From NCBI GenBank assembly GCA_937862805.1, contig CALMDO010000200.1, positions 1-58,568 of the forward strand: a stretch of DNA of 58,568 nt. The letters are read 5' to 3'. This document shows positions 13,252 through 21,221 of the stretch, in pieces. This DNA comes from an uncultured Bacteroidota bacterium. GTDB lineage: Bacteria > Bacteroidota > Bacteroidia > Bacteroidales > FEN-979. Below the pieces are notes generated by a model that was given only the letters and a program-made list of their open reading frames with translations, was not told where the DNA came from and did no database searches. The position numbers and the translations under genes are program-made. How positions within the stretch are numbered: position 1 is the first letter of the stretch; each line of letters starts with the position of its first letter.

Positions 13252-14340
13252 ATGAAGAAGCGAAATTGGTTCCGTCGGGTGGCCGACCATTGGCCACGCG
13301 AACGGCGGGTAGAAGCACTGAAAGAGCAAACCCGCCTGGTCCAGCAGGATCTGAACCGCCTGACTGACCAGATCATCGATATTTCCATAGGCAATCTTAC
13401 CTGCGCTTTCAAAACAGAAGCAAAACCTTTATCTCTCCCGGCCGGCGATGATCTGAATGAATTGGCATTGGCCCATAACCTCATGATTGAAAGGCTGGAT
13501 GAGACAGGGGATGCCATTGCCACGATCATCGCGGGGATGGCTGCTTCCCGTGAAAAACTGCAGAACGTAAACCAATGGTTAGAGAAAGTGGTGGCTGAGC
13601 GGACCGATGCATTGCAAAAAGCCAACCGGGAATTGGAGGTGGCCCATGACGAACTCAGCCGGTTGGATCAGGCTAAGAATGAATTTCTGCGAATGATCAG
13701 CCATGAGATACGAACACCCCTCAACGGGATCATGGGTTTTACCTATATGATGAAAGATCTTCCTCAGGCGCCGGAAGTCGCGGCTATTTTCGATATCCTG
13801 GATATCTCGGTTAAAAGGCTTGAGCAATTTTCGAAAGCTGCGCTGTTGATCACCACTTTAAAAACCCGTTCCATCGACATTCATCGGGCAATCGTTTCCC
13901 CGGTCTCCCTCGTCAGGAAAGCGGAAAACCTTCTGGTCGGGTCGATGACTGAAAAACAGGTGACATTTCTTACTGACAGTCAATCGGAAAGAGAGATCAT
14001 CAACGGAGATCCTGAACTCCTGACGATCTGTATCCACAACATCCTGGAAAACGCAGTCCATTACAGCCCCAAAGGGGGTATCGTCAGCATCACCACTGCC
14101 CCTGAAAAGGAAAGGATCCTCCTTTCAATCCGTGACCAGGGAAAAGGATTTTCTGCCGCAGCGCTCAACAACTTGTTTAAACCCTTCAGTCCCGGTGAAC
14201 AACACATTGATCAGAACATCGGACTGGACCTTGCCTTGGTTAAGATGATCATGGATGCTCACGGAGCCGGGATCAGTGTGGGAAACCCCGAGGGAGGCGG
14301 TGCTTGTGTGACGTTGATTTTCCCTGTTTCTCAACTATAA
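13252..14340 (+). CDS. Soluble sensor histidine kinase (coiled-coil/HAMP-like linker + HisKA + HATPase_c)
   Basis: 362 aa with H-box ISHEIRTPLNGIMG, an N-box (ILENAVHYSP) and G-boxes (RDQGKGF, GLDLALVK). No hydrophobic TM segment is visible, and an in-frame stop lies 4 codons upstream of the ATG. Confidence 0.9.
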   Translation: MKKRNWFRRVADHWPRERRVEALKEQTRLVQQDLNRLTDQIIDISIGNLTCAFKTEAKPLSLPAGDDLNELALAHNLMIERLDETGDAIATIIAGMAASREKLQNVNQWLEKVVAERTDALQKANRELEVAHDELSRLDQAKNEFLRMISHEIRTPLNGIMGFTYMMKDLPQAPEVAAIFDILDISVKRLEQFSKAALLITTLKTRSIDIHRAIVSPVSLVRKAENLLVGSMTEKQVTFLTDSQSEREIINGDPELLTICIHNILENAVHYSPKGGIVSITTAPEKERILLSIRDQGKGFSAAALNNLFKPFSPGEQHIDQNIGLDLALVKMIMDAHGAGISVGNPEGGGACVTLIFPVSQL

Positions 14341-15867
14341 CTTTATCACTCTTTTTGTATGGGTTGAGCCACCCTGTTCAATCCGAAGCAGGTACAGACC
14401 GGGAGGAAGATCCCCGAATTCCATCTGCTGCAACTGATCCGGAGTTGTCTCTCCGTTATAAGAGCGGACTACCCTGCCCGTATGGTCGATCAGCGATCCT
14501 TCGAATCGGCCGGGTGAGGTGTTGATCATCTGCCAGGAGACAGCCTCGCGGGTCGGGTTGGGGTAAACCAGCAAACTCCGGTTGTTGCCATCCAAGTCAC
14601 CCGTTCCCGAAGGATAAAGTTGATTCAGGATGGCAGTATAGCGGGTTGAAAGAAAAGGAAGAATTCCGTAAGGTGTGTGGTTGTCAATTCCTTGCAGGAA
14701 GCCATTGTGAAAATCGTCGATGGTATAGCCATAATCGAGGCAGCGGAAGGTGTCGGCTACGGCGGCTTCGGTGATCAGTTGCTTCAGAAGGCTGATATGG
14801 GCAAAAGAGGAGTCGGGAAGGATGATTCGGCGCGCGATGGTATCCAGGAAAAGCTTGTAGCGGTCAAAGAAAGCCGGAACAGCCAATAGTTTCTGCGCCA
14901 GGGGCAGTTGCATGGTATTGTTCACCCAGGACAAACAATTGCGCGTTCCCCAGTCGATCCCCATCCAGTCAACCCCGCAAGTATTGTCGGGGTCGTAAGT
15001 GATGATTTCAAACTGACCGGTTGCCGGGTTGTCATAAAGATAATAGTTGTTCCTGTTATAGGAATAGTTATCCCAGTTGCCGGTGGCCACATCCAGGGCC
15101 AGGGTTTTGAGGAAGCCGTTAACATTGAGTATCCCGTTGATCAATGGGATAAAACCGGTATCGGGCGCATGGTTCAGGGCAGTGATCAATGCCACCAGCC
15201 TGGAGTAGTCATCCTGCGATTTATTGGTCTGCAATTCATAAACCCTGCCTCCGGTGGCTGTTGAATTCTGTAAGTCTTTGTAGGTTTGCTGGTCGGGCCC
15301 CAGGTATACCAGATCAGCAGGATAAGTACATTTATAAAGATTGCCGTTGTTATTGGGAAAAACCCTGGTCACCCACTCTTTTTCCATCTCTTCCAGGTTA
15401 GTGTACAAACCGTAATAGGTCCCGTTGATGTATAGTTTTACGAAACTGGTCCTTCGTTCAGGCATTCCTGCTTTTTTCCAGAAATCGTAAAAGAGTTTTT
15501 CGCGGATGAGGGTAGGATCATTGTGTTCACCATTGAGGTTCACTTTTTTAACTCCCTGGAATTTTCTCCCCGAAACATATTCATTGAAACTGATCTTGAA
15601 CGATTTTTTCCGGGCATAGCGCGAGGTGTTGCCCCTGAGCCGGAAGCCAATGTTTTCGAGGGTATCGATGTTTTCGCCGTCGTCGAAAATGAACTGAGCC
15701 ATGAAGTAATGGTCCGACAACACGTTGTCCATGATCCATGCCAATGAATCAGGGTGAATCGTCACTTTAATGGAACAGATGCGGGAATCGTCGTAAAGGG
15801 TGTTCTGCGCGGGCAGAAACGTTACAGATAAGAGCAAAAGAATGAACCCTGTGATAAGTTTTTTCAT
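14335..15867 (-). CDS. CotH-family (atypical kinase fold) protein with a T9SS C-terminal sorting domain
   Basis: 510 aa with a signal peptide. CotH-like motifs are present: FRLRGNTSRYARKKSFKISF, NLNGEHNDPTLIREKLFYDFW, LYINGTYYGLYTNLEEM, GNLYKC. The C-terminus (LLVYPNPTREAVSWQ...GLYLLRIEQGGSTHTKRVIKL) is a T9SS CTD. Confidence 0.85.
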   Translation of the reverse strand: MKKLITGFILLLLSVTFLPAQNTLYDDSRICSIKVTIHPDSLAWIMDNVLSDHYFMAQFIFDDGENIDTLENIGFRLRGNTSRYARKKSFKISFNEYVSGRKFQGVKKVNLNGEHNDPTLIREKLFYDFWKKAGMPERRTSFVKLYINGTYYGLYTNLEEMEKEWVTRVFPNNNGNLYKCTYPADLVYLGPDQQTYKDLQNSTATGGRVYELQTNKSQDDYSRLVALITALNHAPDTGFIPLINGILNVNGFLKTLALDVATGNWDNYSYNRNNYYLYDNPATGQFEIITYDPDNTCGVDWMGIDWGTRNCLSWVNNTMQLPLAQKLLAVPAFFDRYKLFLDTIARRIILPDSSFAHISLLKQLITEAAVADTFRCLDYGYTIDDFHNGFLQGIDNHTPYGILPFLSTRYTAILNQLYPSGTGDLDGNNRSLLVYPNPTREAVSWQMINTSPGRFEGSLIDHTGRVVRSYNGETTPDQLQQMEFGDLPPGLYLLRIEQGGSTHTKRVIKL

Positions 15868-15891
15868 ATTTCATTGAAGTCAGAACAGTGA

Positions 15892-15899
15892 CAAAGGTA
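15892..15899 (-). promoter_or_regulatory. -7 promoter box (TACCTTTG on the minus strand) for the CotH-like gene
   Basis: The plus strand reads caaaggta. It lies 25-32 nt upstream of the ATG at 15867. Confidence 0.45.
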
Positions 15900-16031
15900 C
15901 TACAAATGCATTAGGACGGAGTTTAAGTCCTGGTGATATTTTTGCCGATGAACTTGGTTTTAATCCCTTTAAATGTTGTAATTTTATTCACTCTAAAAAA
16001 ATCATAGCAAAAAATCCCAAAATTCGGTGAT

Positions 16032-18128
16032 ATGAAAAAGGAAGGGTATTTTATTTTATTTTCATTGTTCCTCTTTCCCGGACTTACAGTCAATTCACAG
16101 ATATGGGACAGCCTGCAGAACATCCGGGTTGTCATTGGTTTTGCTACACCACCCAGTTCTGTTACTGTCACCAAGGCTCCTCTTCGCTACAACAAGGACT
16201 TTGCGCTCAGTTTCCAGATCGATGACGGGAAAAAAGACATCTGGTCGCACGGCTTTCCTTTTTTCGAAGGAGGTGTTGGCCCTGATTCCACCTATGCGGG
16301 GTTGACTTTTACCGACGGTTGTGGGAATGCTTTAAATTTCAAGATGAGCGCCGCCATCTATTCCTTTGCCAAACCGGGTGGAGTGCTCACCGACTGTCAT
16401 GATCCGAACGGTACTTATGCAACTACCAATGTAACGTGGCCGGAATTGATCACTATGTACAGAAAGGGTTGGGGCGTGGCCAACCATGGACTGACCTCCG
16501 ATATAGCCACCAACATTCCCTATGATATTGTAACGAACCACCGGTACATCCGTTTGAAAATGCTCCCGGCGTGTTCCGGCGGACCGAACCTGCGCATTTT
16601 TGTCAATCCCAACGGGAAAGAAAGCTATACCCAGCCTGCTTTCGGCTTAAATTACCTGGTTTGTTACCGCGAAGGATATCCTTTCGGAAAACCCAGCTTC
16701 AACGTGGTCTCTTCATGGGATCACCACGACATCAAGATGGGGCGAACCAATCTTTACGGAACCATCAACTTGTCTGCCATCGTGGATGATATGGCTTCGG
16801 CCAGCGTTGACGGGGCCCATCACTGGGGGTCGGTTTTCACTCATTACATCACCAACGGAACCTTCGGGTACACTTACCCGGTCTTTAAGGACCACATGCG
16901 CTATATCGCCTCGCGGTTTGGCAGCCAGGGGCTCGACAATATCTGGATGGCAACAGAAGAAGAGATACTGGAGTACCTCCTGGTAAAAGATTCCCTCATC
17001 ATCAGCCAGATTGTGAATGACACCCTGCTGGAAATCCGGTTTGCGGGAAAAATCCCGTGCGATTACAGGTTTTATAATTCCTCCCTGCTCGTGGATGCCG
17101 ATGCTGTCATCACCTCTATCAACTTCAGCGGGGTACAGAAAGCAACCTTCAACGGGATCGGAACCATGCATTCGCTGATCAATCTGAGCTGGAACGGACA
17201 GATACCGATTGCGCCTGCCAACGATAGTTGCATTAATGCCTACCCCTTGCAGGAGGTCCAGGATTTTGAATTCACCACGACAGGTGCTACACCCGACGGG
17301 CCCGGAGCGTGCTTTACCTCTCCCAATGTCTGGTTTGAGTATACACCCTCCCTTTCAGGGACAGCCGTGATATCCCTTTGCGGAAGTTCATACGACACGC
17401 GACTGGCAGTTTACACCCAGGGAGCCGATTGCTACCAGGAAGGAACATTGATGGCCTGTAATGATAACTTTTGCGGCCTGTCATCACAGGTTACCCTCCA
17501 GGTAGTGGGTGGGAGCAAATACAAAATCGAGGTCGGTGGGGGAGGAATCGATTCCACCGGGCTGGGCTTACTCTCTATCCAATTGGATGTGCCGGCAAAT
17601 CGCACGGTTCAGAACATGGAACTGACCACCGGTCAGGAGGTGTGTTTCGATGCCGTGACCCATCTCATGGTAAGGGAGGTGACGGTTGACAACGGAGCTA
17701 CAATTTCACTGATTGCAGGCAGTTCGATCATCATGACGCCGGTTGTAAAAGTTTTCGAAGGGGGATACCTATCGGCCCGGATCACGGAAACAGCTGATTT
17801 CTGTTCCCATACCAGGAATGAATTGACAGGATCACAGGAGACCTTGTCTCTTAAAGAGAGCACCGCGGAACCTTCACCGGTTACCAACTTCAGAGTTTAC
17901 CCTAATCCGACAGAAGGTCTGCTGAACCTTGAGTCGAAAGCAAGGGATTTACATCAGGAGATACAGCTCCATCTTTTCAACATGATGGGAGAGTTGGTGT
18001 TGAGGGAGGTCCATCAGGGACAGAGACGCTATACCATGAACCTGACGGGAATTCCGGCGGGGATTTACAACCTTCAGGTAAGTGACGGGAGCGATCAGAC
18101 CCTTCTCAGGGTGGTCAGGCTGGAATGA
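16032..18128 (+). CDS. Secreted multidomain protein with a T9SS C-terminal sorting domain; the N-terminal domain is possibly polysaccharide-deacetylase-like
   Basis: 698 aa with a signal peptide. It has an FQIDDG and NHGLTS region (weak CE4-like resemblance) and a Cys-rich middle module (NDSCINAYPL...CNDNFCGLSSQVTLQV). The C-terminus is FRVYPNPTEGLLNLES...GIYNLQVSDGS...LRVVRLE. The CDS call is solid; the function is tentative. Confidence 0.8.
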   Translation: MKKEGYFILFSLFLFPGLTVNSQIWDSLQNIRVVIGFATPPSSVTVTKAPLRYNKDFALSFQIDDGKKDIWSHGFPFFEGGVGPDSTYAGLTFTDGCGNALNFKMSAAIYSFAKPGGVLTDCHDPNGTYATTNVTWPELITMYRKGWGVANHGLTSDIATNIPYDIVTNHRYIRLKMLPACSGGPNLRIFVNPNGKESYTQPAFGLNYLVCYREGYPFGKPSFNVVSSWDHHDIKMGRTNLYGTINLSAIVDDMASASVDGAHHWGSVFTHYITNGTFGYTYPVFKDHMRYIASRFGSQGLDNIWMATEEEILEYLLVKDSLIISQIVNDTLLEIRFAGKIPCDYRFYNSSLLVDADAVITSINFSGVQKATFNGIGTMHSLINLSWNGQIPIAPANDSCINAYPLQEVQDFEFTTTGATPDGPGACFTSPNVWFEYTPSLSGTAVISLCGSSYDTRLAVYTQGADCYQEGTLMACNDNFCGLSSQVTLQVVGGSKYKIEVGGGGIDSTGLGLLSIQLDVPANRTVQNMELTTGQEVCFDAVTHLMVREVTVDNGATISLIAGSSIIMTPVVKVFEGGYLSARITETADFCSHTRNELTGSQETLSLKESTAEPSPVTNFRVYPNPTEGLLNLESKARDLHQEIQLHLFNMMGELVLREVHQGQRRYTMNLTGIPAGIYNLQVSDGSDQTLLRVVRLE

Positions 18129-18210
18129 TTCTGAAAAGCACGCTTTTCTGGTTGGAAAAGATTATTTTTACTCCATGATCCCATTTAATGTATGACTTAA
18201 TGAAAACGTT

Positions 18211-19551
18211 ATGACCATTCAGAAGAACCGCCTGTCGGAAGAAACCTACCAAGCTAATTTTCAGGATATTCACCCACCATACAGGAGTGAGGAAAGCGCG
18301 GTACGCGAGGCTCATCGGTGCATCAATTGCTTTGATGCCCCTTGTACAAAGTGGTGTCCGAGCGGGATTGATATCCCGGGTTTTATCCGGCGAATCGCCT
18401 CGGGCGATGATAAGGGGGCAGCTCGTACCATCTTTACTTCCAACATTATGGGTGTTGCCTGTTCGAAAGTTTGCCCGGTAGAAAGGCTTTGTGAAGGGGT
18501 TTGTGTATTCACCCTGTTAAAGGAAAAACCGGTGGCTATTGCCCGTCTTCAACGGTATGCCGCTGAAAAGGCATTACGCAGAAACTGGAAATTGTTTGAA
18601 AAAGGGCGGTCGAACGGAAAGCGTGTCGCCGTTATCGGCGCTGGTCCCGCCGGGTTGGCCTGTGCTCATACCCTGGCTCTGAATGGCGTCGCGGTTACGA
18701 TTTTCGAAAAGGAAGCCCGTCCCGGGGGGTTGATGACTTATGGAATTGCAGCTTATAAAGTCACCACGGAAGCATGCCACGAAGAGGTCGATTACATTCT
18801 TTCGATCGGTGGAATTGAGCTTTTCTGTGAAAAAGAGTTGGGGAAAGATTTTACCATCAAAGACCTTCAATCGAAATACGATGCTGTTTTTCTCAGTCCG
18901 GGAATGGGAAAAACACGACGTTTAGGCATTCCCGGGGAGACCCTCAAGGGTGTGTATGATGCCCTTTCCTTTATACGCCGGATTCGAACAGAAGATCGCG
19001 CGCAAATTGAAGTGGGTGATAAAGTGGTGGTGATCGGGTTGGGGATGACCGCGATTGATGCGGCTACCCAGGCAAGGAGATTGGGAGCCGGAGAAGTGAC
19101 TCTCGTTTACCGGCGATCGGAAGTCGAAAAGCCATGCAGTGACAGGGAATTGGAGATCGCGTTGTTGGATGGATGCCGGCTTCTTTGGCTGACGGCTCCT
19201 GTCGGGATACAGGGAAAGGAGGGCAAGGTTACCGGATTGGTTTGTTCACGGATGAAACTGGGAAAAAAGGATTCCACGGGAAGGAGATTGCCGGTGGTGA
19301 CCGGGGAAACATTCGAATTGGAGTGTGACATGGTAATCAAGGCTGTCGGACAGGAACCTTTGGGCGACCTGTTTTCAGGTAAAGATATCACGGATAAGAA
19401 CGGAAAGATTGTTCTGGATGACCACTTCATGACCTGTATTCCCGGAGTTTTTGCCGGAGGTGATGCAGTGAACGGGGGGAAAGAGGTGGTCCACGCTGTG
19501 CAAGCGGGCAAGGAGGGTGCAAAGGCAATTCTCGGCTATTTGGGAAGATGA
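18211..19551 (+). CDS. preT: NAD-dependent dihydropyrimidine dehydrogenase subunit PreT (GltD-like)
   Basis: 446 aa. The N-terminus has Fe-S cysteines (CINCFDAPCTKWCP, CSKVCPVERLCEGVC). There are two dinucleotide folds (VIGAGPAGLACA, VIGLGMTAIDAA), and the gene is paired with preA. Confidence 0.85.
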   Translation: MTIQKNRLSEETYQANFQDIHPPYRSEESAVREAHRCINCFDAPCTKWCPSGIDIPGFIRRIASGDDKGAARTIFTSNIMGVACSKVCPVERLCEGVCVFTLLKEKPVAIARLQRYAAEKALRRNWKLFEKGRSNGKRVAVIGAGPAGLACAHTLALNGVAVTIFEKEARPGGLMTYGIAAYKVTTEACHEEVDYILSIGGIELFCEKELGKDFTIKDLQSKYDAVFLSPGMGKTRRLGIPGETLKGVYDALSFIRRIRTEDRAQIEVGDKVVVIGLGMTAIDAATQARRLGAGEVTLVYRRSEVEKPCSDRELEIALLDGCRLLWLTAPVGIQGKEGKVTGLVCSRMKLGKKDSTGRRLPVVTGETFELECDMVIKAVGQEPLGDLFSGKDITDKNGKIVLDDHFMTCIPGVFAGGDAVNGGKEVVHAVQAGKEGAKAILGYLGR

Positions 19552-19580
19552 TGAATAATAACGATTAACAATTCAAGACT

Positions 19581-20840
19581 ATGGCAGATTTAAGGTCAAC
19601 TTTTTTGGGAATCACATCTCCCAATCCTTTCTGGCTTGCTTCGGCTCCTCCGACCGATAAAAAAATCAATGTTCTTCGCGCTTTTGAAGCGGGCTGGGGT
19701 GGAGTTGTCTGGAAAACAATCGGTGCACAGATCCGCAATGTTTCTTCCCGTTATTCCGGTTTTTCCTACCGGGGAGCGGGTCCGGTAGGTTTCAACAACA
19801 TCGAACTCATTTCCGACAGGCCGGCTGAGGTCAATCTCAAAGAGATCCGCGAGGTAATGAAAGCCTTTCCCGACCGGGCCATGGTGGTTTCGTTAATGAC
19901 CGAAAACAACCGTGAAAGCTGGCATGAATTGGTGAAAAAGACCCAGGACACGGGGGTCCACGGTATTGAATTGAACTTCGGCTGTCCTCACGGAATGGTG
20001 GAACGAGGAATGGGAGCGGCTGTGGGACAGGTTCCTGATATTGCGGCACAAATCGTTGAATGGGTCATGGAAACAGCTACCATTCCGGTCATTACCAAGC
20101 TGACCCCTAACGTTCATTCGGTTGTGCCGGTCGGCAGGGCGGTGGTGGAAGCAGGGAGCAACGGGATTTCCCTGATCAACACGATCCAGTCAGTTACCGG
20201 GATCAACCTTGATACGCTGGTACCTCGTCCGGAAGTGGGAGACCATTCCACTTTCGGAGGCTATTGCGGTGCGGCTGTTAAGCCCATTGCTTTGAAATTT
20301 CTGACCTCTTTGGCACAGGATGAGGTGACAGGGAAAATTCCCATCTCCGGTATCGGAGGTATTTCAACATGGCGTGATGCCGTGGAGTTCATTCTGCTGG
20401 GAGCGTCCAATCTGCAGGTCTGTACTGCGGCCATGCTCAACGGGTTCCGGATCATTGACGACTTGTGTGAGGGATTGCGCAATTGGATGGATGAAAAAGG
20501 GTACAAAACGATCGATGAGATGGTTGGTTTGTCTCTTCCCCGGATCACCCGTTGGGAGGAACTGGATCTGAATTTCCACGTGGTAGCCCGCATTGATCAG
20601 GAAAAATGTATCCGTTGCGGAAAGTGCTATATTGCCTGTGAAGATACCTCTCACCAGGCTGTCTCATTGGAAGCAGGGCGACCTTATAATGTTTATACCA
20701 TCAAAGAAGAGGATTGTGTCGGGTGTAACCTTTGTAAAATTGTTTGTCCGGTTCCCGATTGCATTACCATGACCGAACAACGAAAAGGAGCCGAATACCT
20801 GAACTGGAGTGAATTCCAACGACGCAACATGCCATTATAA
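19581..20840 (+). CDS. preA: Dihydropyrimidine dehydrogenase subunit PreA (DHOD-like barrel + 2x[4Fe-4S])
   Basis: 419 aa with the barrel motif IELNFGCPHG and C-terminal ferredoxin motifs CIRCGKCYIACED and CVGCNLCKIVCPV. Confidence 0.88.
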   Translation: MADLRSTFLGITSPNPFWLASAPPTDKKINVLRAFEAGWGGVVWKTIGAQIRNVSSRYSGFSYRGAGPVGFNNIELISDRPAEVNLKEIREVMKAFPDRAMVVSLMTENNRESWHELVKKTQDTGVHGIELNFGCPHGMVERGMGAAVGQVPDIAAQIVEWVMETATIPVITKLTPNVHSVVPVGRAVVEAGSNGISLINTIQSVTGINLDTLVPRPEVGDHSTFGGYCGAAVKPIALKFLTSLAQDEVTGKIPISGIGGISTWRDAVEFILLGASNLQVCTAAMLNGFRIIDDLCEGLRNWMDEKGYKTIDEMVGLSLPRITRWEELDLNFHVVARIDQEKCIRCGKCYIACEDTSHQAVSLEAGRPYNVYTIKEEDCVGCNLCKIVCPVPDCITMTEQRKGAEYLNWSEFQRRNMPL

Positions 20841-20885
20841 AACCTGCCTGTTTTGTATTCAGAGCGTTTCAGTGTTTCAGCGTAC

Positions 20886-20913
20886 TATTGCCTATTGCCT
20901 ACTGCCTATTACC
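20886..20913. repeat. Four tandem heptamers (tattgcc tattgcc tactgcc tattacc)
   Basis: Read directly from the sequence. They lie between the preA stop and the 3' end of tRNA-Gln. Confidence 0.8.
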
Positions 20914-20939
20914 TGATCCGGCGTCGTGAGAAGGAGTTG

Positions 20940-21010
20940 TTGACCCACCAGGACTCGAACCTGGACCGAGAGAACCAAAATCTCTTGTGCTGCCATTACA
21001 CCATGGGTCA
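20940..21010 (-). tRNA. tRNA-Gln (anticodon UUG); no encoded CCA
   Basis: The reverse complement folds as a cloverleaf. Acceptor stem is UGACCCA/UGGGUCA and the D stem is GUGU/GCAC. The anticodon stem AGAGA/UCUCU carries loop UUUUGGU (anticodon UUG). The T arm is CCAGG-UUCGAGU-CCUGG, and the next 3' bases are ACA rather than CCA. Confidence 0.9.
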
Positions 21011-21107
21011 GAAATCATCTTTATCTGTCATTACACGTCCTCTCAAGCGGAGGCAATCTATTGACTACAGATGCGTTTGTAAAAGAACAGTTCCTGTTTC
21101 AAGGGTG

Positions 21108-21115
21108 CAAATGTA
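21108..21115 (-). promoter_or_regulatory. Possible -7 box (TACATTTG on the minus strand) about 100 nt upstream of tRNA-Gln
   Basis: The plus strand reads caaatgta. This is the only TAnnTTTG match upstream of the tRNA. Confidence 0.3.
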
Positions 21116-21221
21116 GAAAAATTTCATTTCCGATGATTGATTGTGCTAAAAAAATCATTGACTTCATGAATTACCGGTAAATTCGTACTTTCGCATCCCA
21201 ATATCCGATAAATTTTTTACC

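Noticed and set aside
18133-18148. Hairpin GAAAAG-cacg-CTTTTC right after the stop of the 16032 gene as a terminator
   Set aside because: It has only about 6 bp, AT-rich, with no following T-run. That is too weak to call.
20886-20913. Tandem heptamers considered as a mini-CRISPR or an att site
   Set aside because: There are only four 7-nt units with no spacers. No cas genes, integrase or second repeat copy are visible in the window.
20853-21116. 87-aa plus-strand ORF in the preA/DUF2723 intergenic region
   Set aside because: It runs straight across the tRNA-Gln gene on the opposite strand. The tRNA cloverleaf explains the conservation-like structure.
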